In this document: piece by piece, positions 12,811-23,317 of the stretch | Layout: every line of letters starts with the position of its first letter | How positions within the stretch are numbered: position 1 is the stretch's first letter | Position numbers and translations under genes: made by a program | NCBI RefSeq assembly: GCF_046119375.1 | Contig: NW_027362773.1 | Coordinates: 113,646,001-113,710,000 of the forward strand | Reading direction: 5' to 3' | Length of the DNA stretch: 64,000 nucleotides | Source of the DNA: Phyllobates terribilis | Taxonomy: Eukaryota | Notes under the pieces: model-generated | What the model was told of the DNA's origin: nothing | Database searches by the model: none | Seen by the model: only the letters and a program-made list of their open reading frames with translations

Positions 12811-13339
12811 TTACATAATTGTACAGTCTTATTTCTTTGACCCGACTGCACAATCTTACATTTATCTTATCTCGGCTCCATTTTACCTAAACTTTGTACT
12901 ACAAAATGACTCTGTTCTGTGTTTATTGCCTTTCAGGGTCCATTACTTTTGTAGCATCAAACAGAAACCAACATGCGGCCCCCATTTTACCCTCAATAAC
13001 ACCAATCAAGTGAAACAACACCCCCGAGCAGTAACGGATACCACAGTGCAGCATTACATGGTGCAAAATATACTTCCCCAAAAAACCTCCCAGAAGATCC
13101 ACATAGCACACAGTGCACAAAATATCTCCCTACAAATACCACTTAGAGGAACACAAATTAATATAGTAATCTTATAACTGTACAGCTTCCTATTGCAAAT
13201 AAAGGTTTAAAAAATAAAAAATAAAGTTTCTATTTGTTTGATACATAACCTTTCCTTCTACCCCTGTGTAGCTCCATAGTTATGATTGTGTCCAGGTTTT
13301 GTCACTAGTTTCCCCCAAAACCCTGTCTTTACCTGGCAT

Positions 13340-13476
13340 GAGGAATCAGGAAGTAAACGCTTGCCCTCAACCAAGATGGCCGATCGCCGGAAGTACGTCA
13401 TCGGGAATGGCCGGAACTTTTAGTTCGTACATGCCAGCGTCCTGCGCACAGTAGTCCGGGCGGGTACGTGTGTCAG
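13340..13476 (+). promoter_or_regulatory. INTS5: INTS5 CpG-rich promoter and probable non-coding exon 1
   Basis: ETS motifs CAGGAAGT (13347-13354) and CCGGAAGT (13387-13394), YY1 motif CAAGATGGC (13372-13380), splice donor tgtcag|GTGAGA at 13476/13477; ATGs in this stretch hit stops quickly. Confidence 0.65.
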
Positions 13477-14257
13477 GTGAGAGGGTGGGGTGTGTATTAC
13501 TGTTGACATCCTGAGACTTGTGGTTCTCCAGTGTATGCAGAGACGCAAGTCCTGGCTGTGTAGTGCTACCCTGGTGTATCAGGAAGATGCAGCTTCTCCT
13601 ATGTGGGAGATAAGCTGCACACTAGGGGCTGCTGCTAAGGAGTGTGAAACTACAACTCCCAGTACATCCTGGGTGCTGTAAGCGGTCAGAGCATGCTGGG
13701 AGTTGTAGTTTTATCACAGCAGGACTAATGCTATATGCTCTGTCATGTGGCTTGAACCTCCAGAGGAGTCATTATTATTAGAAGCCAGTAAATGGGATTT
13801 CTGAAGAAATATCTGATGTCTGTGGGCAGAGGTGAGGCTGCGGTGCCGCACGATTGCTATGCCCCCCGGCCGCACCGTACACACTGAGGTCTGAGTGGAG
13901 AGAAGAGACTGAGCTGCTGACACAACCCTGAGACGTGATCTCCCTTCCAATATGACATGTTTGATCCCCTGATGTAAGACAGATACACAATACATGGAGC
14001 CCGGTCACATAATCTCCAGGTTAACCTGACTTTAAAGGGAAGAGACCCTGATTCCAGCAATGTATCACTTTCTGGGCTTCTTGCTGAAGTTTTCATAAAA
14101 ATCAGTGTTTTATCAGCAGGATATTATCACTCAAGGACTATAAACCTGCTGTCAGGAGGTCCATATGCCTAAACTCCGTATAACCCCAACACTGATTGGC
14201 AGCGCTCTGTGTACACTGTGCATAGGCAGAAAGCTTTTTTTTTTTTTTTTTTTTTAC

Positions 14258-14717
14258 TTAAGGGAAACTTGTCACCAAAATTAATGCTGATAACCTGCAG
14301 ATATGGGGTTAATCTGCAAATTAATAGTGTTATTAATCTGCATGTAGCCGAACGCTGTGGGAGAGAATGAACTTTATTCCCCCCGTCAGCCATGGGGGAA
14401 GCGTGACGCAGGTTCAGTCACTGCTGAGAACACAGAGCAGCGGCCTTAACCGCACCCCTGGTCCTGACTGACAGCTGGCCGCAATGCAGAGCAGTGTCAG
14501 TCGGTGCCGGGGGGCACTGTTACGGCCGCTCTGTATTCTCATATGTGACTGAACAAGCGCCGCTCCCATGACTGAAATCCGAAGGCTGCCGGAGGGAATA
14601 AAGTTCGTAGCATTCAGCTAAGTGCGGGTGCCGGGCAGGTTAATAACGCTATTAACCTGCTGATTAACCCCATATCTGCAGGTTAATAGCTTTTTTTTGG
14701 TGACAGGTTCCCTTTAA
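14258..14717. mobile_element. T2/Kolobok-type MITE, INTS5 intron 1
   Basis: TTAA-gggaaacttgtcacc...ggtgacaggttccct-TTAA. Confidence 0.75.
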
Positions 14718-14966
14718 ATGCATGTAAAATAAGCTGAAAATCATTTTTGTAATTGGGTTTCATTGCGTAAAAATGAAACCCAAAAAACAATGGCAGAGTT
14801 TGTTTTTTACCGCACTGGATTTTTTCCCCATTTTTCTGTATATTATATAAAACACAATGTAATGAATTGGTCTGAACATTTTAATAATCCGTTCTGTCTC
14901 TGTCCTTTTTCTTTCCACAGGTGATGGTTCTGCAGGACGCAGCTTATTTCTGAGATTAGTGTCCCC

Positions 14967-15007
14967 ATGATTTCTTCACAGCCGCAGGGGCTCGCTCCCC
15001 AGCTCAG
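14967..15007 (+). CDS. INTS5: INTS5 first coding exon (within exon 14921-15007)
   Basis: [14 protein letters not shown]; in-frame TGA upstream at 14922-14924 supports this ATG as start. Confidence 0.8.
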
Positions 15008-18000
15008 GTACGGCTGCTTTATATTTCCACATAAAACTGTCAACAAGCAATCTAATCTCCGATCATCCAAGCCATGGAATGCAATGAATGTAATAATTTG
15101 CTTGTTACTCTCTTCAGTTCATCAGAAATCATGGGAAACCTCACATACGATCTCAGGCCTCAGTGTATCTTTACTTGCTCAATTCTCCAAATGAGGTGGA
15201 TATATCTGCAAGAAAAGAGGACCGGCATTACATTCGGGAACATTCAAATACCCTTAAAAGGGTTGTCCAGTACTTTTAAAAATACGCCAATGTGTTTTAA
15301 TGATAAATAGAAGCTTCTTTCTAATTACCTCCTGGTGCTGTTTCTGCCTGTGAGCGGCGCTATCGGTGGCCGCTCACAGGCAGCACGTGACTCCCCACTG
15401 ACGTCACGACAAGTGAGGCTTGACTCAGCGCTGGGGTCCCCGCGTCACACCCAGCATCCACCGCGCACTTTCCTAATGAATGGGGACAGGGAGAGCACGC
15501 GGTGGATGCTGGGTGTGATGTGCGGGGTAACCCCGCCCACGACCCAGCTGCCACAGGTGGAACGCGGAAGAGGGACCATCGGCTGCAGCCTGGACTTGTC
15601 GTGACGTCAGCCGATGTCAGAGCCGGCTGCAGCCTGGGGTCACGTGCTGCCTGTGAGTGGCCACCGATAGTGCCGCTCACAGGCAGAAACAGCACCAGGA
15701 GGTAATTAGAAAGAAGCTTCTATTTATCATTAAAACACATTGGCGTATTTGTAAAAGTACTGGACAACCCCTTTAAGTATCTGAGGAATGACACCCCATA
15801 TTGTGAATTGAAATAAACATCCAGAAATACAGTAAATTCAAAAAGGGGTTGTCCGGTCTTTTGCCAAAATGTTGCAGTCACTTTTTGTGACTGCAAACTT
15901 CTGAATCCTCACAGCGCGCACCCCGTACTCTATCGGGGTTCTGCGGCGAGAGCGGGCGGTCATGTGACTGCAAGTATGCCATATACATACTTCTGACTAT
16001 ACGTGCGCAGGCTTGCTCAAATCACTTGTATTGAGAGAGGTCAGACACGTCTATACGGAATGTGGCCGGAAGTATTCATATCACATACCGCTCTTGCCGC
16101 AGACACCAGAGAATACTGATAGTGTACGGTGCGTGTGCTGTGAGGATTCAGAAGACTGCAGTCGCATAGAGTGACACAAGACTTTTTGTAAAAGACAGAG
16201 CTACTTCTTTAAAGTGGTTTCCGAGATCAAATAAATTTTCCCTAAGTGGGATAGGGAAGCCAAAAAAATAGACTCCTTGCTCGCCTGTTAAATCTTCTGG
16301 TATCAATTAGTGTGTTCCCTGCCGTTTTTTTTTTAATTAGTGTTGCAACAAAGGATGTGTCCGACCACCCATGTAATTGCTGCAGCCAAGCATTGGCCTT
16401 GGCGATGTCACTGCGGTGGTTATGTAGGTAGCTGGGCATGTCATTGCAGCAACATAGCAAACAATGACTGCCAGGGAGCACAAGCTCTGGATCTGCGGGA
16501 AATTAACCAGAAGAGTAGTGGGTGGTTAATTGTTTTTTCTAAACCCTTTTAAGCGATGTTACGCATCACCAAACACTTGGGGTGAGTGACACTATTTGTA
16601 CCTACGCATTGATCTGATAGGTACGCTGTTTGGTTGATGGAGATGCAAGAAAATGTGCATGTCTCTCTTTATTCACTTTGTTTAGATATATAGGCGGACC
16701 AGCAAAAATGTTCTCATCGTGGGACTGGGACATTTCTGACCCATCCTGCGGATATGCCAATAAATGTCTGATATGTGAATACTATTATTATTTATTTTTA
16801 GAGCACTGCTTGTCTTATTACCAGAGCAATTTTCTAAATCACTTTTGTTTTGTTTTTTTCCCATACAGTCCACAGGAACTTTCCCTTCAGATCAAATCCT
16901 TCTTAAGTGGCTCTGACCCCCAGCACGGGCAGAAACTCAGCCCCCGCGACCACGCCAGATGTTCTCTGCTGCTGTTACGCTGCCTTCCTCCCGCACGGCA
17001 TGCTGTGCTAGAACACCTGCGATCTGTTTTTCATGACAGTGTCTCATCATTCCTACATGAGAGGGACTCTCAAGACTGCCTTCCTCAGTCATCATCGTCT
17101 CAACGGAGAGGACCACCACCACCATCTACTCCGGGTCTGGATGAAGTAACTCAGGAAGTACAGAAGGTCTTAGAGGAGTTTATAAAGCTGAATCCCCGGG
17201 CATGGGCGCCTCTCATTTCTGCCTGGTCTATTGAGCTCATGGGACAGTTAAGCAGCAAACATGCCAACAGACAGGGCATGCCGCACTCTACAAGTCTCAA
17301 TGAACTGCTGCAACTGTGGATGTCCTGTGGGGCTACACGCGTGCTTATGGACATCTACACGCTTTGTCTGTCTACTATGATTGACAGCTGCCCTGATGCT
17401 TGTGTAGATGCTTTGTTGGACACCTCCGTACAACATTCTCCGCACTTTGACTGGGTGGTAGCTCACATTGGTAATTCCTTTCCAAGCACCATAATTAGTC
17501 GAGTGCTGTCGTGCGGCCTCAAGGATTTCTGTGCGCACAGCACAGCCTCTGAAACTCCCGAGAAGCGGGTGCCAAAGTTGGGGTCTGTGGTTGGCATTCT
17601 GGGCCATTTAAGCTCACGTCATGGACATAGCATCCGTCGGGAGATTCTCAGGATGTTTCATGAAAGTTTACGTCCTGGGAACAAGCAACAGAGGGCGACA
17701 TTGTCGTATCTCCTACAACTCGCAGCTCTCTCGCCGTCCTTGCTGGGCACTGTATGCCAAGACCTGGTTGACTCCTTGAAGCCCTCCACGCTGGCGCAGC
17801 TGCAGCAGCATTGTTCTACGCTTCCGCGAGAGGAACTGGACAATATGCTAAATTTGTGTATCCACCTGGCATGTCAGACGTCCACAGGGGCCCCACGGCT
17901 CCTGCGCTTTCTTCTGGATACAGCAATGCCGGCCTCCGTTATTACAACGCCAGGGCTAGCAGTCCATGATTCTGTGAGGGAAGCTTGTGATCGTATTGTT

Positions 18001-19650
18001 AGGCTTCTGCTGCTCAGTCTTCAGAAACAAGTCTATGGAAGAACTGGGGGAAGGGCAGCATCTGATGCTCCGCCAAAAGCTGTGCCTTTCCTGGATGCTA
18101 TGAGGGGACATTTGCCAGAACTTTGTGCCGAAATGCTTCGCTTAGAAAGGAAACGCCATCTGTGGCTTCATCAGCTCCTGGGTCTGCTCTGCATATATAG
18201 TAACCCGCCTTGTGCCCCGGAGGCTCTTTGTCTGTTACTCACCCTGGCCCACAGTTCGGAGGAGTTGGGTCTAGCGGTCCAACTTCATGCTGTGCTCTCG
18301 TCCTCGATGCAAGGGCTAGCTCAGGCTGCAGTAACACGTTGCGTGGCTCAGGTCCACGCCGGTGCCCTGAGCGATAAGCGAGCGCTTCAGCTGTTGCAAA
18401 ACCTGGCGCTAATTGTTCAGACTGAAGAAGGCGGCATGGGCAGGGAGGTCAGAGTGGCGCTTTCAGAGTACGTATCTGATTTTGGTCAGCTTCTTTTGCA
18501 CAGCAGTCCTGTGGTGTGTGAAGCCGCCTGCGTGCTGTTATGCTGCTGTCCTTTGCCTCCGTCTCTGCCTCCCGCCCAGCTCCATCTTCTTATTCGCTCA
18601 GCTTCTTATCTCCTCTTCCATTCCATGCATATACGCAGTAGCGCTGGAGTAAGCAGCGCTTCCCGACTCCTCTTACAGCTATGTAAAGTCTCTCACTCCG
18701 GTAAAAAAGCCGTATTACACCAACTAGTAGAAGGGGCTCTGCATCAGGGAAACGTAGGGCTCTTCGGAGGGCACAGTTCAAAACAAACCGCTCAAAAACT
18801 AGAAGGACCATCTGCCTCTCTTCTGGAGAATAACAGCCATCTGGGCTCCACCGTAGACTTCTCGGGGAGCGTGTGGTCCGTCTTTCATGCGGGAGTCATT
18901 GGCGCAGGGTTAAAACCGGAAGAAAAATCTAGACAAAGCGGGCAGGTGGAATGTACAGAAAATACCCAAAGCTTGCTTTCTCTCTTATGCTCCTGCTGCG
19001 CCAAAAACGGAGAAGAAGAGGGAGGTGAGCTGATAACACTAGATCCCGAGGCAGCCAAGACGCTGGCGGTGACCATAGCTGAATGTGCTTGTCCTGACGT
19101 GACAAACAGTGAGTTGTCGTGGCCTCCTGAGGAGCACGCGCGAACCACAGTACAAAGAGACTTGCTGGTTTACATGTGCTTCCGTCAGAACCCATTATTA
19201 TTCCATCTCCTCCATCTGGTTGCTCAGGGTCGCCCTGCCCTCTGCTATTGTTCAGTCCTGCTTCGAGGTCTTCTGGCTTCACTTTTGGCATATTGGGAGG
19301 CATCACGTGAGTCGTCCACTGCTGACTCGCCCTGGCACCTGATGGCATCCTCTCAGTTAGTGTCTAGCATGGGTGAGGGACAGTTGCTGCCTCCAGCACT
19401 TGCAAACATGCATGAGATGTTCTCCCTGCTTGCACCCTACGAGGTCCGTCTGCTCCTTCTCAGCGTCTGGGACTTTGTTCGGGAAAATGGCCCTTTCCCG
19501 CAGAGGTTTGTGTTTCAGGCGTCCAAAGGGATATTCAGTAGAGACTTTACTCGAGAAGGTGACCCTGCCAAATACATGGGCATTGTACACAGCGTTTTAC
19601 ATCGGAATATCGATCGCCTCGGGCTTTTGTCTGGCAGGTTCCAGATGTGA
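14967..19650 (+). CDS. INTS5: Integrator complex subunit 5; coding exons 14967-15007 and 16869-19650, 940 aa
   Basis: The large exon encodes [71 protein letters not shown], recognisable as INTS5. The upstream exon 14921-15007 has a strong acceptor (ttttctttccacAG) and donor (ctcAG|gtacgg), encodes [13 protein letters not shown], and its phase 2 matches the acceptor ccatacAG at 16868. 41+2782=2823 nt = 941 codons. Confidence 0.95.
15254..15776. mobile_element. T2/Kolobok-type MITE with about 170-bp terminal inverted repeats, INTS5 intron 2
   Basis: TTAA target-site duplications; long near-perfect inverted arms visible. Confidence 0.85.
16869..19650 (+). CDS. INTS5: INTS5 large terminal coding exon (2782 nt)
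   Basis: Uninterrupted ORF, acceptor at 16868, stop TGA ending 19650. Confidence 0.96.
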
Positions 19651-19706
19651 CGGGACACTTCGACAGCTGACTATTATGTTATCGTCCATCGGAGACATCT
19701 GCTTTG

Positions 19707-19712
19707 AATAAA
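19707..19712 (+). terminator. INTS5: INTS5 polyadenylation signal AATAAA
   Basis: AATAAA 56 nt after the stop, followed by a GT/T-rich stretch (tgtagtgtttttg). Confidence 0.7.
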
Positions 19713-21699
19713 TACATTCTGTAGTGTTTTTGATCTGCATTTATAAGACATTATTGCAGCATTTAAGGGGGTGGTTAAGTGCTTTTACATAGATGGCCTA
19801 TCCTTGGGATAGAAATATCAAAAGACTGACTGTCACTTCCAAACAGGTGTGTACAAGTGCTTATGAAGAGTAGCCATCTCCATATATAACTAACAAATAA
19901 AGCTGCACTCTGTAAAGCTATAGCAGGCAAACATGAAATATATAAAATTGGAATAGCATTACTGCTCTAGAAAATAGGAAAAAATTCGAAAACTTAGCGC
20001 ATAAATTGGCCAATTCAGGTACTAAGTATACTAATTTTTCCTATTTTCTAGAGCTGTAATGCTATTCCAATTTTATATATTTCATGTTTATATATTATAG
20101 CGCTACAGAGTGTTGCTTTGTTAGTTATATCCTTAGGATAGGTCATCAATATCCAATCGGTGGGGACCCCCTACCGATCAGCTGTTTCCGGTGCCGGACT
20201 GGAAGTTCTCAGTTGCGTAGCCACACCGCTCCGTCAAATGTAAAGTTGCCATGACCGGGTACTGCACATCCGCCCCTATTTAAATCAATATAGTACCCGG
20301 CTACCTCCACTGTGCACTTGATGGAACTATGTTGTGCAGCTCCGCAACTGAGAGCATGAAGGCCGGCACCAGAGACGGCTGATCAGTAGGAGACCCCCCC
20401 CCCCCAATCAGATATTGATGACCTCTCTAAGGATAGGCCTTCAGTCCCGGACAACCACGTTAACACATTATGAAGTCGCCATTGTAGGTGTTGAGACCAC
20501 ACTTTATTGTTTTGGGGTTTTACTCTATATACCATCTTCATCGGGTTTCATATTGCAATCTATATTTAAAAACTAAATTTTCACCCTGACCACTGGAGAT
20601 AATTTAGACCCATACTCGGGAAGAGTTTTCAGAGATCTCCTTATCATCCGAGGTAGGAATACACTGATAGGTGACACCTCTATAGACAGCTGATGACACA
20701 AGATCCACCAATCCCAAAAGGTGATGTCACAGCTCACCTCCTCCTCCCTTCACAATGACCTTTGCACATGCTCATTAGATGCTTCATTACAAAAGATAGG
20801 GTGGGAGTCTGACTATTGTGTATATGTAGATTTCCTGAAACAACAAGAAGCATACTCCCAGTGAACTGTGTGAATCTGCAAGTTTTCTATTTTTTAACGT
20901 AGATTGTGATACTGAAAAAGATTGCCAAAATGTTCTAAAAATTCAAAAACCCGATAGTCACTTTCCCTTATATATTAGATTTTTGCTGGCAGAACTATCT
21001 GACAACCTAAGGCACTGTACCTTCTAAAACCAGACAACAGAAATTTGACTTAGGCCATGTTCACGCTGCAATTATGAAGCGCGTCTGAGGGTTTACTCTG
21101 AATCTCCCAAAAATTCAGACAGAACCCGTGATGAAGTGCACTGATACAAATGGAGTCTGTTTGTGTCATTGTAGTCTATCACTCCTTCAGGGGTTCTATC
21201 TGAATTCTGTTTTTGGCGATTCAGATGAAGCCATCAGACGCTCTGCATCAACATAGTGTGAACAGGATCCAGGACAGTCAATCGTGACAGCAGCATCTAG
21301 ATGGTTAACAAAGAGACAGGGCTCCTTCCAGAGTCCACAATCGCATTTAGAGATCCCCATAATAACCATGGCCTCGCAGTACGATGGTCTGAATCACTGC
21401 CACAAGCAAGGTCTAACAGGTTGTGTCACTGAGAAACGGACAAGTCTCAAGAATATGATCAGCAAGTGTAAAATAGTCAAGTGGGACTAAGTAAAAAAAA
21501 AAAAATTAAATTAGATTTGTAAAATCAAAAGCACAAAAAATGGAGAAAAAAAAAACTTTTGAGTAAAAACCAAAAAAAGTACACATTGATATTGCTGCAT
21601 CCTGAACGACCAAAGCTATGAAACTCGCGTTTATCCCATATTTGTGTGATTATATCAAAAAGACAGCAAGCAGCCCAGCAAGTGACTGCCCGCTATCAC

Positions 21700-21960
21700 C
21701 CGGCCCCCACAGAGTCCTGATCTCAGCAACATCCAGTCTGTCTGGATTCACATGAAGAGACAGAAGGATTTGCACAAGTGACATCCACAGATGATATGTG
21801 GTTGGTTCTCCAAGATGTTTGGAAAAAATCTTCTGCAGAGTTCATTCAAAAACGCTGTACAAGTGCCTAGAAGAATTGATGCTGTTTTGAAGGCAAAAGA
21901 CGGTCACACTAAATATTGATATTAAAAGATGGTGGGATATTCAAAGTTCTTACAATTTTA
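21700..21960 (+). mobile_element. Degraded Tc1 transposase 3' fragment
   Basis: ccacagagtcctgatctcagcaac resembles the PQSPDLN motif. Confidence 0.5.
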
Positions 21961-22054
21961 CACTGAGGAACATTTTTAGGAAATTGTTCCACAATTATTA
22001 GTGACAGTTGTCTTCGCTTCTGAGAGGCTCTGCCTCTCTATAGATCCCCCAGAG

Positions 22055-22880
22055 TATTTTATCTCCCATACAGATCCCTCTGGAGTATGTTATCTCCCGT
22101 ACGGATCCCCCGGAGTATTTTATCTCTTGTACGGATCCCTCAGGAGTATGTTATCTCCCGTACGGATCCCTCGGGAGTATGTTATCTCCCGTACGGATCC
22201 CTCGGGAGTATGTTATCTCCCGTACGGATCCCTCGGGAGTATGTTATCTCCCGTACGGATCCCTCGGGAGTATGTTATCTCCCGTACGGATCCCTCGGGA
22301 GTATGTTATCTCCCGTACGGATCCCTCGGGAGTATGTTATCTCCCGTACGGATCCCTCGGGAGTATGTTATCTCCCGTACGGATCCCTCTGGAGTATGTT
22401 ATCTCCCGTACGGATCCCCCGGAGTATTTTATCTCTTGTACGGATCCCTCTGGAGTATGTTATCTCCCGTACGGATCCCTCGGGAGTATGTTATCTCCCG
22501 TACGGATCCCTCTGGAGTATGTTATCTCCCGTACGGATCCCTCTGGAGTATGTTATCTCCCGTACGGATCCCCCGGGAGTATGTCATCATCTCCCGTACG
22601 GATCCCCCGGGAGTATGTCATCATCTCCCGTACGGATCCCCCGGGAGTATGTCATCATCTCCCGTACGGATCCCCCGGGAGTATGTCATCTCCCGTACGG
22701 ATCCCCCGGGAGTATGTCATCTCCCGTACGGATCCCCCGGGAGTATGTCATCATCTCCCGTACGGATCCCCCGGGAGTACGTCATCATCTCCCGTACGGA
22801 TCCCCCGGGAGTATGTCATCATCTCCCGTACGGATCCCCCGGGAGTATGTTATCATCTCCCGTACGGATCCCTCCGGAGT
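22055..22880. repeat. CpG-rich minisatellite, 31-bp unit tatgttatctcccgtacggatccctcgggag grading into a 34-bp variant
   Basis: Tandem units directly visible (period 22271 to 22302). Confidence 0.97.
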
Positions 22881-22939
22881 ATTTGTGTCCTATCCTCTGG
22901 AGCACAGTTCCTGCATTAGTCATTAGTGATGACATTAGC

Positions 22940-23300
22940 GTGGTGTGAGGGACGTGGCAGCAATACACAGGACACACAGTAGCTGCCAGCAGCGATGTGA
23001 CCACACTCCCGCCGTCGCCGTCAGCTCCTCCCCTCTTTGTCTCCCTTTTCCCCGCCCCCTCGTCTTTACAGTCACATGACAGGATTTCTTTTTCCCATTC
23101 GCTGTAAATTCTGCCGTGTAGTGACGTCATCGCTAGCGGCAGCTGTGGGCGGGGCGTTTCCAGCCTCGCCGTCGCTGGCCAATGATAAGCGCTGACGTGT
23201 CCCCGCCTGCGCCGTAGAACTTTGGTGACGTTTGAGTGTTGGGCGTGGCCTCTGTCAGAGAGCCGGCTACCGAGGGGTCGGAGGTCAGAGCGGATCCAAG
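22940..23300 (+). promoter_or_regulatory. GANAB: GANAB CpG-island promoter
   Basis: CpG-rich; CRE TGACGTCA 23122-23129, GC box GGGCGGGGC near 23147, CCAAT 23179-23183, TGACGTG 23193-23199, YY1 motif CAAGATGGCG overlapping the start codon. Confidence 0.75.
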
Positions 23301-23317
23301 ATGGCGCTGGCTCGGAG
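23301..23317 (+). CDS. GANAB: GANAB exon 1 (coding part)
   Basis: ATGGCGCTGGCTCGGAG|gtgaga; MALAR. Confidence 0.85.

Noticed and set aside
12037-13210. Apparent plus-strand exon pair (donor near 12037, acceptor near 12936, AATAAA near 13198)
   Set aside because: The donor lies inside a decayed Tc1 remnant and the downstream ORF has no recognisable similarity
13791-13831. Alternative INTS5 first coding exon ending at gcagag|gtgagg
   Set aside because: ATG frames give the wrong phase or a stop, and there is no good acceptor; exon 14921-15007 fits better
16630-16868. First 80 residues of the 1006-aa INTS5 ORF
   Set aside because: Read-through of intron 2 upstream of the acceptor at 16868
22001-22948. 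CRISPR-like palindromic repeats and 246-315 aa ORFs
   Set aside because: Units are contiguous with no unique spacers, no cas genes, eukaryotic context; ORFs are repeat translations
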